A stretch of DNA of 64,000 bases from an uncultured Chitinophagales bacterium (GCA_964538485.1 CAZIHJ010000001.1:13899-77898); one strand, 5' to 3'; shown: positions 20,129-29,935, numbered from the stretch's first letter. Program-made: numbers and translations. The notes: generated from the sequence alone by a model not told the origin.

Positions 20129-20680
20129 ATGACACACGAACTACTTGTTGCGGGCTTTGGTGGACAAGGCGTTCTCTCCATGGGGATGACGCTTGCGTAT
20201 GCCAGCATGATTGAGAAAAAGGAAGTCAGTTGGATGCCTTCGTACGGTCCGGAGATGCGGGGCGGAACAGCGAACTGTATCGTGATTGTCTCCGATAGAC
20301 AGATCAGTTCCCCGATTGTTACGACCTTCGATACGGTCGTTGCGCTCAACCAACCATCATTGGAGAAGTTCGAAAAAGCTGTCAAACCGGGCGGGTTGCT
20401 CGTGTATGATTCCACAAACTGTATCGCCCCACCGCGCAGAACTGATATCGACATTCTTCCTCTTGCAGCGAGTGAAGAGGCGGCCAAATTGAATAATGCC
20501 CGGATCATGAACATGATTGTCCTTGGAGCGTTCATCGCACAGACTGGCGTTGTGGAAATTGCATCGTTGATGCATGCCTTGGAAAAAGTCCTGCCGGAAC
20601 GCTATCACAATCTCCTGCCATTGAACGAACGAGCGCTGCGCCGCGGAATGGAACTGGCGACACATGTCGAGGCCATCTAG
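20129..20680 (+). CDS. 2-oxoacid:ferredoxin oxidoreductase gamma subunit
   Basis: [19 protein letters not shown]...[11 protein letters not shown] is the POR/KOR gamma signature. Confidence 0.85.
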   Translation: MTHELLVAGFGGQGVLSMGMTLAYASMIEKKEVSWMPSYGPEMRGGTANCIVIVSDRQISSPIVTTFDTVVALNQPSLEKFEKAVKPGGLLVYDSTNCIAPPRRTDIDILPLAASEEAAKLNNARIMNMIVLGAFIAQTGVVEIASLMHALEKVLPERYHNLLPLNERALRRGMELATHVEAI

Positions 20681-20721
20681 CGGGAAGGTTATCACGTATC
20701 CACATCCGAGAGGAGTCTGCA

Positions 20722-20970
20722 ATGGAGGTTCAATGTATGCACACATGTCAGGGTCACTGCAATGCTCTCAAGGTTGCCGAGCAGATTGAGTTATCCGCAA
20801 TTGAGGGATACAGCCGCTACCTCACGGAGTGCAACTATCCCGACGTGAGAGTGATATTGCAGGATATGATCGACCGGCATCAGAAAACCCTTCAGTTTCT
20901 GCAAGGGAAGAAAAACGAGCTGACCGAAAAACTGAATATCCTCGACAACATCAATGACAGTTTTAGCTGA
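20722..20970 (+). CDS. Small hypothetical protein (possibly ferritin-like four-helix)
   Basis: ORF only; 82 aa; E/H-rich helical pattern. Weak. Confidence 0.35.
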   Translation: MEVQCMHTCQGHCNALKVAEQIELSAIEGYSRYLTECNYPDVRVILQDMIDRHQKTLQFLQGKKNELTEKLNILDNINDSFS

Positions 20971-20989
20971 AACGGCCTGGAGACAACGT

Positions 20990-21241
20990 ATGGCACATCA
21001 GGGCAATGATGTCGTGAATTGGAACGAGGTCTCAATTGAAGAGATCCTTGCGCTGGCAATCGCCGATGAGGAATACGCGCGTGACTACTACAAACACGCC
21101 GCTGATCTCGCCGGCAGCTTGCATACGCGACAAATGCTATTGCAGCTTTCTGAAATGGAACAGGGACATGCCGACCAGTTGCGAAAAGAGCTTGACGAGC
21201 TTTCCCTGCAACGTGAGATGGAAGCTGGAATGGCGGATTAG
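20990..21241 (+). CDS. Small ferritin-like/rubrerythrin-like diiron-motif protein
   Basis: EEYARDYYKHAA and EMEQGHADQL resemble paired E-x2-H diiron-carboxylate motifs. Trimmed to the ATG at 20990. Confidence 0.4.
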   Translation: MAHQGNDVVNWNEVSIEEILALAIADEEYARDYYKHAADLAGSLHTRQMLLQLSEMEQGHADQLRKELDELSLQREMEAGMAD

Positions 21242-21295
21242 GACGGAGTGGATTCACACCTATTAAGTCCTATGCAGTTCACAAGGAGGTCCACC

Positions 21296-21886
21296 ATGAC
21301 GAAATACATTGAACAACTTTCAAAGCTCGCTTTCTTGACATTGACGGGGGTCATCGGGAGCGTTGTTGTGGGATTGATGGTGTATGGCAATGAGGTGTTT
21401 GGCATGACGCACATCGGCTTTTCATTTGTTTCATTCGGTTTGAGTGGCGCTTTCATCTTTGCTTTTTACCACGTTCGAGGTCTTTCGGAGACCATCACTG
21501 CTGCCGTGGTGACCAGTGCCTTGCAATTTGCCGTTGCCTCATCATGGATCACGCCACTTAACGCAGCGATCTGGTCCTTTGGAGTGAACCTGCCGCTCAT
21601 TCTTGTTGCGCTCATTTTCGAACGGAAACTCTCCCCGTTCAGGCAATATAAGTTCATTGTCGTGGCATTGCTGTACGGAGTGATGTTTGTGCTGTTGACG
21701 CTGTTTGTCTCATTGTTGAGTGGTATGCAGTTGCTTCCAGCAACGGTGTTCCGACAAAACTTCGTGGATGGAGGGTTGATCGGATTGGGGCTCGCGCTCG
21801 GGATTGAAGCGGGAGAAGCGTTGATCCATTCGCTTGAGCATCACCATTCCTTGAAGCATCACGGCCATATTGAGAAGCACGCGTAA
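21296..21886 (+). CDS. Integral membrane protein (5-6 TM helices), unknown function
   Basis: Trimmed to the ATG at 21296, preceded by a perfect AGGAGG RBS. Hydrophobic helices throughout and a His-rich C-terminus (HSLEHHHSLKHHGH). Confidence 0.55.
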   Translation: MTKYIEQLSKLAFLTLTGVIGSVVVGLMVYGNEVFGMTHIGFSFVSFGLSGAFIFAFYHVRGLSETITAAVVTSALQFAVASSWITPLNAAIWSFGVNLPLILVALIFERKLSPFRQYKFIVVALLYGVMFVLLTLFVSLLSGMQLLPATVFRQNFVDGGLIGLGLALGIEAGEALIHSLEHHHSLKHHGHIEKHA

Positions 21887-22026
21887 GAATCTGGCAAGAG
21901 GTCTGTCCGCTCTTTCTGTTCGCCGGGATGTATCGTGGGAAGTTTCCTTCAAGCGTCCCGGCATTCTTGTTGTTCGCACAACGTGCGCAGGATACAGTTA
22001 CTCACACACATATCTGAGATGACCGT

Positions 22027-23151
22027 ATGAGCAAATATACTATTGCCTGGTTGCCCGGCGACGGAATAGGCAATGACGTAATGGAAGCTGCACGGATTGT
22101 ACTTGATGCAGTGCACCTTGACGCAGACTACGTTCACGGCGACATCGGATGGGAATTCTGGTGTCGTGAAGGCGATGCTTTTCCCCGGCGTACCATCGAT
22201 CTTCTCCACCATGTCGATGCAGCGATGTTTGGTGCGATTACCTCCAAACCGGTCAAATCAGCTGAAACAGAACTGGCACCTGCACTCCAGGGCAAGGGCC
22301 TTGTGTACCGGTCGCCCATTGTTCGCATGCGCCAATTGTTCGATCTCTATACGTGCCTTCGTCCGTGTAAAGCGTATCCCGGCAATCCCTTGAATTTCAA
22401 AGAAGGCATCGACCTTACGGTATTCAGAGAGAACACTGAAGACCTCTATGCCGGCGTGGAGTTTAGTCCTGTTCCTGTTGAGTTATCCAGTCTGCTGACG
22501 AGTATCTCCAAACCGTTTGAAGCGTTCAAGAATCTATCGGGCGACGAGTATACGGTGTCCTGCAAAATCAACACCAGGAAGGGTTCCGAGCGAATTGTCC
22601 GGGCTGCATTCGAGTTTGCACGCAAGAACGATCGAAAGAAGGTCACTGTGGTACACAAAGCCAACGTCGTCCGCGCAACTGATGGCATGTTCCTTGACGA
22701 AGCAAAGAAAGTCTCGCGGGAATTCCCCGAAATTGTGATGGACGATGCCAATGTTGACGCCATCTGCATGTGGTTGCTGAAGAACCCTCTCAGCTATGAT
22801 GTCCTTGTTGCGCCGAATCTGTACGGAGACATCATCTCCGACCTCGCGGCGCAGATGGTCGGTGGGCTGGGCTTTGGCTGCTCGGGCAACATCGGCAAGA
22901 GGCTTGCGGTATTTGAACCGTCCCATGGATCCGCGCCGAAGTATGCAGGACAAAATAAAGTGAATCCCATTGCCACCATATTGGCGGCAAAGATGATGAT
23001 GGAGTGGCTCGGAGAAACAGAGAAGGCCGAGCGCGTTGAGCGTGCAACGGCCTCCGTGATCAAGGCGGGCAGAGTGCGGACCTACGATATGGGTGGGCAC
23101 AATACCACGCGCGAAATGGCGGAAGAAATCACGAGACATCTGACCGACTAG
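22027..23151 (+). CDS. leuB: Isopropylmalate/isocitrate/homoisocitrate dehydrogenase family (beta-decarboxylating dehydrogenase)
   Basis: LPGDGIGNDV, NLYGDIISDLAAQMVGGLG and FEPSHGSAPKYAGQNKVNP are family signatures. Substrate assignment is uncertain given the genomic context. Confidence 0.85.
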   Translation: MSKYTIAWLPGDGIGNDVMEAARIVLDAVHLDADYVHGDIGWEFWCREGDAFPRRTIDLLHHVDAAMFGAITSKPVKSAETELAPALQGKGLVYRSPIVRMRQLFDLYTCLRPCKAYPGNPLNFKEGIDLTVFRENTEDLYAGVEFSPVPVELSSLLTSISKPFEAFKNLSGDEYTVSCKINTRKGSERIVRAAFEFARKNDRKKVTVVHKANVVRATDGMFLDEAKKVSREFPEIVMDDANVDAICMWLLKNPLSYDVLVAPNLYGDIISDLAAQMVGGLGFGCSGNIGKRLAVFEPSHGSAPKYAGQNKVNPIATILAAKMMMEWLGETEKAERVERATASVIKAGRVRTYDMGGHNTTREMAEEITRHLTD

Positions 23152-24081
23152 GTGGAGACAACGATGAATGATATCATCATACACGAAGTTGGTTTGCGGG
23201 ATGGTCTGCAGATGGAGAAGCAAATCGTTCCTATGGCGCAAAAAGCGAAATGGGTCGAGCAGCTCATCGATGCGGGAGTGGATATCATTCAGCTTGGCTC
23301 GTTTGTTCATCCCGAGAAAGTCCCGCAGATGGCTGATACCGATGGACTGTTTCAGTATTTCACCAACATTGAACGACCGTCCGGCGTGATGTTCTCAGGT
23401 CTCGTCCTCAACGAGAAGGGATTTGATCGAGGTCTTGCGTGTGGAGTTGAGATGTTTTGCCTGGGTGTGTCCGCGAGTGAAACCCACAGCCGGAAGAACA
23501 CCGGCATGTCGGTGAATGAGGCAACCGATCGGATCATTGCAATTGCACTACGGGCTATTGAAGCCGGGAGAACAGTACAGGTGTCGGTGCAATCGGCATT
23601 TGGATGCGGGTACGAAGGCCACGTTCCACAGGAACGGGTGATGAGGATTGTTGAACGCTACTTGAATGCCGGACTGCGGAATATCAGTCTCGCCGATACT
23701 GCAGGTCATGCCACGCCGGACCAGGTGGAGAGAATGTTTGCATCAGTCATGGAATGCGACGAAGGCGTTCAATACGCCTGTCACTTTCATAACACATATG
23801 GGCTTGGACTCGCAAACGCATATGCAGCGATGAAGACGGGAGTGAAGTATTTTGAATCATCGGTCGGTGGGCTCGGTGGTTGCCCATTCACGAAGATCGC
23901 CGGAGGCAACGTCTGTACTGAAGATCTCGTACATATGCTGCAACGGATGGAACGCCGACACGATATAACATTGGAGGGTCTCATCGAGGTTGCAAAAGAC
24001 ATGAATGTGTTTTTCGATCGCGAGTTGCCGGGGACGATTTACAAGACCGGAAAGATCGTTGAGAATCACACTGTACAGTAA
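23152..24081 (+). CDS. HMG-CoA lyase-like (HMGL family) short lyase/synthase; lacks LeuA/CimA C-terminal domain
   Basis: IHEVGLRDGLQ (compare the HMGL signature EVGPRDGLQ), the TIM-barrel metal ligands HFHNTYG and D..GH. At 309 aa it is the size of HMG-CoA or citramalyl-CoA lyases rather than the 500+ aa synthases. Confidence 0.8.
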   Translation: METTMNDIIIHEVGLRDGLQMEKQIVPMAQKAKWVEQLIDAGVDIIQLGSFVHPEKVPQMADTDGLFQYFTNIERPSGVMFSGLVLNEKGFDRGLACGVEMFCLGVSASETHSRKNTGMSVNEATDRIIAIALRAIEAGRTVQVSVQSAFGCGYEGHVPQERVMRIVERYLNAGLRNISLADTAGHATPDQVERMFASVMECDEGVQYACHFHNTYGLGLANAYAAMKTGVKYFESSVGGLGGCPFTKIAGGNVCTEDLVHMLQRMERRHDITLEGLIEVAKDMNVFFDRELPGTIYKTGKIVENHTVQ

Positions 24082-24100
24082 TTGATCCGGAGGGTGAGAT

Positions 24101-24568
24101 ATGCATTGTAGCTGTGGAAGTCCGGTAAATCACTTGGATGATTTTTGTCCGCATTGCGGTGCACTGCTTCTGGAAGAAGTTCACTGCAGCAGACATTCCC
24201 CGGAGAAAGCCCTTGGTGTGTGCATTATTTGTTCCAAACCCTTTTGTGCGACTTGTGGCGGATGGTTAGGCGGTCTCTTCTTGTGCAATGAACATCGTGG
24301 ATATGAAGTCATTGAAGGAATGGCAAAAGTATTCGGGGGAAGTGACGGTGCACAGGTTGAGCATGCAAAGAATTGTTTGGAGAAAAGCGATTTACATCCT
24401 TTCTTTTTTTCTCGAAAAGCGACCCCTGGTCCCGACCACGCATTGTTCAGAGAGCTCGATGGTCACATCGTCGACGAGTACAAGGTCATGGTTCCGTGCA
24501 ATGAAGTGATGAAGGCGGAGGATGTGTTGAAGAAATTGGACCTGGTCGAAATGGACAAAACAAGTTGA
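24101..24568 (+). CDS. Zinc-ribbon hypothetical protein
   Basis: CSCGSPVNHLDDFCPHCG ... CIICSKPFCATCGGW...C give two C4-type clusters. C-terminal region of unknown function. Confidence 0.45.
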   Translation: MHCSCGSPVNHLDDFCPHCGALLLEEVHCSRHSPEKALGVCIICSKPFCATCGGWLGGLFLCNEHRGYEVIEGMAKVFGGSDGAQVEHAKNCLEKSDLHPFFFSRKATPGPDHALFRELDGHIVDEYKVMVPCNEVMKAEDVLKKLDLVEMDKTS

Positions 24569-24585
24569 AGCGCCGAGGAGAAATT

Positions 24586-25785
24586 GTGACACAAGCACTG
24601 CTCTCAGGCATTCGTGTTCTTGATCTGACGAATGTTCTCTCGGGACCGTTTGCAACACTTCATCTCTCGTTGCTGGGAGCCGAGGTCATCAAGATCGAGA
24701 ATCCTGTCGATGGTGACCTTGCGCGCAAGCTTGGCAGCGTTCCCGAGTTAAACGACCAACTCATGGGAACGAGTTTCCTCGCCCAGAACGCGAATAAGAA
24801 ATCGCTCACACTGAATCTCAAAGAGACGGAAGCAAAAAAAATATTTCTGAAGCTTGTCAAAACAGCCGACATTGTGGTCGAAAACTTTCGTCCCGATGTT
24901 ATGAACCGCCTTGGGCTCGGGTATGATGTACTCAGGAAGAATAATACGGCGCTTATCTACTGTGGCATCTCCGGCTTCGGTGCCACGGGACCGGATGCAA
25001 TGAAACCCGCGTACGATCAGATCATCCAGGGACTCAGTGGTGTCATGGCCATCAACGGCGATGAGAGCTTGAATCCGCTGCGTTGCGGGTTCCCAGTGTG
25101 TGATACCGTCGGAGGATTGAACGCTGCGTTTGCCATCATGGCTGCCTTGTTCCATCGCGAACGGACAGGGGAGGGGCAGTTCATTGATGTGGCGCTTCTT
25201 GATTCCGTAATGCCGCTCATGGGTTGGGTGGCGGCAAACCTTCTCATCGGTCACCAGCAGCCGGTACTGATGGGAAATGACAACTTCACTGCCGCACCAT
25301 CGGGGATGTTCGTCACGAAGGACGGCCATATCAACATTGCCGCCAATAAGCAGGAGCAATGGGAAGCCGTTGCGGACGTACTTGGTGTTCCCGGGCTCAC
25401 ACAGGACCCTCGCTTTGAAAAGCGTGATGCGCGTAAAAGAAACCGGAAGGTTCTTACGTTATTGTTGGAGGAAAAATTGAAAGAGAGGGAGACAGCATAC
25501 TGGGTGGAAACACTCAATGCAAAGGGCGTTCCTTCGGGTGAGATTCTTGGTCTTGAAGCCGCACTGGACCAGCAGCAGGTGAAGCATCGCGATGCAATTC
25601 AGTCTGTTCATGCCGACGGTATCGGGGATCTCAAGTTGTTCAATTTGACTGCAAAGTTTGAGAAGACTCCGGGGAACGTAACATGTGCTCCGCCGAAGCT
25701 CGGTGCGCATACAAACGAATTCCTTCGCGAATTGGGTTATTCCAATGTGGAGATAGAGCAGCTTCGTGAGCGAAGGGTTGTGTAG
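24586..25785 (+). CDS. CoA-transferase family III (CaiB/BaiF/Frc-type)
   Basis: LSGIRVLDLTNVLSGPFATLHLSLLGAEVIKIE is the family-III N-terminal signature. The start is probably GTG at 24586 (AGGAG 7 nt upstream); the ORF track uses TTG at 24565. Confidence 0.85.
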   Translation: MTQALLSGIRVLDLTNVLSGPFATLHLSLLGAEVIKIENPVDGDLARKLGSVPELNDQLMGTSFLAQNANKKSLTLNLKETEAKKIFLKLVKTADIVVENFRPDVMNRLGLGYDVLRKNNTALIYCGISGFGATGPDAMKPAYDQIIQGLSGVMAINGDESLNPLRCGFPVCDTVGGLNAAFAIMAALFHRERTGEGQFIDVALLDSVMPLMGWVAANLLIGHQQPVLMGNDNFTAAPSGMFVTKDGHINIAANKQEQWEAVADVLGVPGLTQDPRFEKRDARKRNRKVLTLLLEEKLKERETAYWVETLNAKGVPSGEILGLEAALDQQQVKHRDAIQSVHADGIGDLKLFNLTAKFEKTPGNVTCAPPKLGAHTNEFLRELGYSNVEIEQLRERRVV

Positions 25786-25796
25786 CATATCAGCGA

Positions 25797-27095
25797 GTGT
25801 GTGCAATGGGTATGACAATAGTTGAAAAGATTCTGGCCCGCGCGTCAGGGTACAAAGCGGTGAAAGCCGGTGATGTGGTGGAGCCGTCAGTCGATCTCGC
25901 AATGTCGCATGAGAACGCGGCACTGGTGATCAATCAGTTTCTCGAAATCTTTGAAGGTACTGGTGTCACACCGGAGGTGTGGAGTTCGCCAAGGGTTGCA
26001 ATCATCTTTGATCATCGCGTTCCGGCGGAATCAGCGAAGACCGCGACGAACCAGAAAAAGGTCCGGGAGTTTGTAGCGAAACACATGATCAATAAATTCC
26101 ATGACATTCGGGGTGATCGCGGTGGAATTTGTCACCAGATTCTCCCTGAAAGCGGCTACGTTCGTCCCGGCTCAGTGGTTGTGGGTACGGATTCACATAC
26201 GACCAGCCATGGCGCTCTTGGCGCGTTTGCCTTTGGGATCGGGGCAACCGAGATGGCGAGTGTCTGGGCGCTCGGTACGGTCCTCAACGTGGAAGTGCCC
26301 GAGACGATCAAGGTGAATGTGCACGGGAGTTTCCCCCCCTTCGTCGGGCCTAAAGATTTGATTCTCCACCTCATCGGCAAGATCAGTGCGCAGGGGGCGA
26401 ATTTCAGGGTCATTGAGTTCCATGGCGACACAATCCGGGCAATGTCCACTTCGGGGCGTTTGGTTCTCTGCAATATGTCTGTCGAAGCTGGCGCAACATC
26501 CGGCATCGTTCCTGCCGATGAAGAATCGATCCGATACCTCAGGGACGAAGCCGGCGTAAACGATCCGCTGACCCCGGTTTTGCCCGACAATAATGCGACA
26601 TACATCCAGGAGATCGATATTGATGTGTCGAATCTCGGACCACAGGTTGCCTGTCCGCACACGGTTGATAATGTCAAATCCGTTGAGAGTGTCATGGGAA
26701 CATCTGTCCACCAGATCGTCATCGGGTCGTGCACAAACGGCAGATTGGATGACCTTCAGGTAGCCGCAGAGATTATCAGAGGAAAGAAGGTTTCGAAGAA
26801 CACCCGTATGCTTGTTTTTCCGGCAAGCGGCAAGATCTATGGTGAGGCGCTTGAGCGAGGGTACATCATGGACTTCATGAAGGCCGGAGCCGTGGTGATG
26901 AACCCGGGGTGTGGGCCGTGTCTCGGCATACATGAAGGTGCGTTGGCCGACGGTGAGGTTGCCCTCTCGACGACAAACAGAAATTTCAAAGGACGGATGG
27001 GAAACCCGAAATCTGAAGTATATCTCTGCTCACCTGCCGTTGCCGCGGCATCAGCCATTACCGGGATGATCACCGATCCGCGGAAAGGGGGATAA
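25797..27095 (+). CDS. leuC: Aconitase-family hydro-lyase large subunit (archaeal-type LeuC/HACN-like, ~430 aa)
   Basis: Fe-S ligand Cys region CTNGRLDD...NPGCGPCLG, and the substrate-loop region GSRTDSHT-like (VVGTDSHTTSHGAL). Confidence 0.85.
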   Translation: MCAMGMTIVEKILARASGYKAVKAGDVVEPSVDLAMSHENAALVINQFLEIFEGTGVTPEVWSSPRVAIIFDHRVPAESAKTATNQKKVREFVAKHMINKFHDIRGDRGGICHQILPESGYVRPGSVVVGTDSHTTSHGALGAFAFGIGATEMASVWALGTVLNVEVPETIKVNVHGSFPPFVGPKDLILHLIGKISAQGANFRVIEFHGDTIRAMSTSGRLVLCNMSVEAGATSGIVPADEESIRYLRDEAGVNDPLTPVLPDNNATYIQEIDIDVSNLGPQVACPHTVDNVKSVESVMGTSVHQIVIGSCTNGRLDDLQVAAEIIRGKKVSKNTRMLVFPASGKIYGEALERGYIMDFMKAGAVVMNPGCGPCLGIHEGALADGEVALSTTNRNFKGRMGNPKSEVYLCSPAVAAASAITGMITDPRKGG

Positions 27096-27099
27096 TGAT

Positions 27100-27618
27100 A
27101 TGGCAAAGGTAGTCCTGGCTGTTGGCGACGATATCTCCACCGATGTTATCTATCCGGGCAGGTTCATGGCAACAGTTCTTCCCGCTGAAACACCACAGTT
27201 CGCATTTGCGGACAATACCGGGTTCAACGCGAAGTTGAAATCGAAACAAATTGCTGGCGGGAGTATCATTGTGGCAGGGAGGAATTTTGGATGCGGTTCG
27301 TCACGCGAACAAGCCGTCTCCACTCTCAAAGGTCATGATCTGGTGATCGTTGCAAAGAGCTTTGCGCGCATTTTCTTGCAGAATTCCGTGAACCTTGGAT
27401 TGCAGTTGGTTGAAGCGCCGGAAATCGAAGCGTCTGAAAATGACGAATTGGATATCGACGCGGACATTGTTGAAAACAAGACGACAGGAAAACGGTTCAA
27501 CATCATTGCTTTCCCGAAGACCCGACAAGAGATCATTGCTTCAGGTGGATTAATACCCCATACGAGAAAGTTGATCATGGAGAGGCGGAGGGGAGTTTCT
27601 CAACGGAAAAATGCTTAA
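27100..27618 (+). CDS. leuD: Aconitase-family hydro-lyase small subunit (archaeal-type LeuD-like)
   Basis: GDDISTDVIYPGRF...IVAGRNFGCGSSREQA is the LeuD swivel-domain signature. Lies 4 nt after leuC. Confidence 0.85.
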   Translation: MAKVVLAVGDDISTDVIYPGRFMATVLPAETPQFAFADNTGFNAKLKSKQIAGGSIIVAGRNFGCGSSREQAVSTLKGHDLVIVAKSFARIFLQNSVNLGLQLVEAPEIEASENDELDIDADIVENKTTGKRFNIIAFPKTRQEIIASGGLIPHTRKLIMERRRGVSQRKNA

Positions 27619-27646
27619 CTACTTCTGATTATTCCAATCACTACAT

Positions 27647-28141
27647 GTGAGAAGAGACATGGAATCCATTGAACAACCCAAAGTGAGACATCGATCATTT
27701 TCCTACACGACAAATCTCTCCTGGGCGGAAGGCAGAATCGGGACGATGACATCCGAGGGGAAGCCGACTCTCAAGATATCAAGTCCGCCGGAGTTCAAAG
27801 GCAACGCCGGCTATTGGACGCCGGAGGATGTTTTTGTCGGCTCTGTAGAGATGTGTCAGATGCTCACATTTATTGGAATTGCCCAGAAACAAAATGTTCC
27901 GTTCGTATCATACAAGAGTTCTGCCAAGGGTACACTGGAGTTTATTGACGGACAGTACCGGTTTACGCATATCGTTATTACTCCGGTAGTAGTGGTGGAC
28001 GAGCCGGGGACAGAGTCTCAAATCAACGCAGTCCTTCGTGAAGCCCACAAGAAATGCCTTATCGCAAACTCTATTACGGCAATTGTGGAGGTCAACCCTA
28101 CGATCCAGTTGAAAGAGAGAATCGCCGGTGAAGTTATCTGA
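27647..28141 (+). CDS. OsmC/Ohr family peroxiredoxin-like protein
   Basis: PEDVFVGSVEMCQMLTFIGIA...KKCLIANSI carries the two conserved Cys of OsmC. An alternative ATG lies at 27659. Confidence 0.75.
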   Translation: MRRDMESIEQPKVRHRSFSYTTNLSWAEGRIGTMTSEGKPTLKISSPPEFKGNAGYWTPEDVFVGSVEMCQMLTFIGIAQKQNVPFVSYKSSAKGTLEFIDGQYRFTHIVITPVVVVDEPGTESQINAVLREAHKKCLIANSITAIVEVNPTIQLKERIAGEVI

Positions 28142-28314
28142 TGTGTGTGGTGCCACCGTTCAAAGTTAAGAAAACGGCGCGCGACCCATTCTCACATCTG
28201 AAAATCCGATTCACCCGTGGATCAACGGGCGTTATTCCTTCCCAAATTTAACAAATCGATGTGCATTGATTTGGCACCCCCTTTGTCACCTGAGTCAGCA
28301 ACAGGAGGGATTCC

Positions 28315-29709
28315 ATGATGTTTTCTTCGCCGTTGAAAGTAGATGTCGGTCTGCTCAGTAAGTATGATCGTCCCGGACCGCGATACACCAGTTATCCGAC
28401 TGCCCCGATGTTTACGAGTGCATTTACCCCAGACGACTATCGGCGTGCCATAGTCGAGTCAAACCCGGCAACGGCAAACTCTGATATCTCACTCTATTTT
28501 CATTTCCCCTTTTGTGACACATTATGCTATTTCTGCGGTTGCACCATGATGGTAACGCGCGACCGCAAGAGGATCTCAGAATATCTCCAGTACGTGAAAA
28601 AGGAAATCGATATTGTTGCTCCGCTGATTGCGGACAAGAGGAAGGTGATGCAGGTGCATTGGGGGGGTGGGACCCCCACGCACCTGACGCCAGAAGAGAT
28701 ACTCGACATGGCAGGGTACATTCGGCGCTCCTTCAATATCGCTCCCGACGCCGAAATGAGTGTCGAGATTGACCCGCGTGAGTTGACGCAGAAACACCTT
28801 GGCGCACTACGACATGTTGGGTTTAACAGGGTGAGCATGGGGATTCAGGACTTCAACCCTCGCGTGCAGCATGCCGTCAATCGTGTGCAGCCGGAGGAGT
28901 TGTCATTGCAAGTCTACAAGTGGGCAACCGCGCTTGAGTTCGAAAGCATCAACGTGGACCTGATCTACGGACTTCCGTTGCAGACCATGAGCACGTTTCG
29001 GGATACGTTGCAGAAAGTCATCCGCTTGCGCCCCGATCGGATTGCAGTCTTTAATTATGCCCACGTTCCCTGGATGAAGGCCCACCAACGTTTGATCCAT
29101 GCAGAGGACCTTCCGAGCGCGGACGACAAACTCAATATTCTGAAAATGACAATTGAGATGCTCTGCTCTGACGGCTACGAGTATATCGGGATGGATCATT
29201 TTGCACGACCAAATGATGAGCTCACTGTGGCTCAACGGGAGAAGACGCTCAACCGGAATTTTCAGGGCTACTCGACAAAATCCGGTGCGGACCTGTACGG
29301 ATTTGGCATGTCATCCATCGGTAATATTCATGGCGTGTACGCTCAGAACGCCAAGACGCTGCCTGAGTACTACAAGGCCCTTGATCAAGGTACGCCGGCA
29401 ACGTACGTAGGATACCGGATGACGAATGATGATCACATCAGGAAGCATGTCATCGCGCGTCTCATGTGTGATCTTGAACTGAAAAAGTCCGATGTGGAGA
29501 AACTGTTCAGCATCGACTTTGATGAGTACTTCGAGGAGGCGTTGGAACAACTGGAGACATTTGTGGATGACGATCTTGTGGAGCACACACTGAACGGGAT
29601 ACGGATCATCGGCAACGGGCGGCTTGTTCTTCGCAACATCGCCATGTGCTTCGATGCGTACCTTGATACGATGCAGAAAGAGAAACCGGTGTTCTCGCGG
29701 ACTGTGTGA
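28315..29709 (+). CDS. hemN: Oxygen-independent coproporphyrinogen III oxidase (radical SAM, HemN)
   Basis: Radical-SAM CDTLCYFCGC, the PRYTSYPTA N-terminal motif, and the HemN C-terminal domain. Confidence 0.9.
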   Translation: MMFSSPLKVDVGLLSKYDRPGPRYTSYPTAPMFTSAFTPDDYRRAIVESNPATANSDISLYFHFPFCDTLCYFCGCTMMVTRDRKRISEYLQYVKKEIDIVAPLIADKRKVMQVHWGGGTPTHLTPEEILDMAGYIRRSFNIAPDAEMSVEIDPRELTQKHLGALRHVGFNRVSMGIQDFNPRVQHAVNRVQPEELSLQVYKWATALEFESINVDLIYGLPLQTMSTFRDTLQKVIRLRPDRIAVFNYAHVPWMKAHQRLIHAEDLPSADDKLNILKMTIEMLCSDGYEYIGMDHFARPNDELTVAQREKTLNRNFQGYSTKSGADLYGFGMSSIGNIHGVYAQNAKTLPEYYKALDQGTPATYVGYRMTNDDHIRKHVIARLMCDLELKKSDVEKLFSIDFDEYFEEALEQLETFVDDDLVEHTLNGIRIIGNGRLVLRNIAMCFDAYLDTMQKEKPVFSRTV

Positions 29710-29732
29710 TATCCACATCCGTGGTGAACATA

Positions 29733-29763
29733 AAAGCCACCCTTGACGGGTGGCTTTTTTTTG
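29733..29763 (+). terminator. Rho-independent terminator (GCCACCC-ttgac-GGGTGGC followed by T9)
   Basis: Stem 29736-29742 pairs with 29748-29754, and a run of nine T follows. Lies 24 nt after the hemN stop. Confidence 0.65.
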
Positions 29764-29935
29764 AGGTCACGCACCCTCGGGATGCTCGGGTTGCGACGAG
29801 CATATTGATCGTTGAATTTGTGAACACCTTCCGAGAGAATCCTTCTTCTCACGTCTGACAATAGCGAAGTGTATTCCTGTAAATTGTGCCGACATTCGCA
29901 TCGCGATGGTGGCACGTTATTGGGGATGACCATGG

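Noticed and set aside
22534-23310. 258-aa minus-strand ORF spanning the leuB/HMGL junction
   Set aside because: Overlaps two well-supported plus-strand genes on the opposite strand and has no recognisable domain.
26193-26933. 246-aa and 192-aa minus-strand ORFs inside leuC
   Set aside because: Antisense to the conserved aconitase-family Fe-S region; shadow ORFs.
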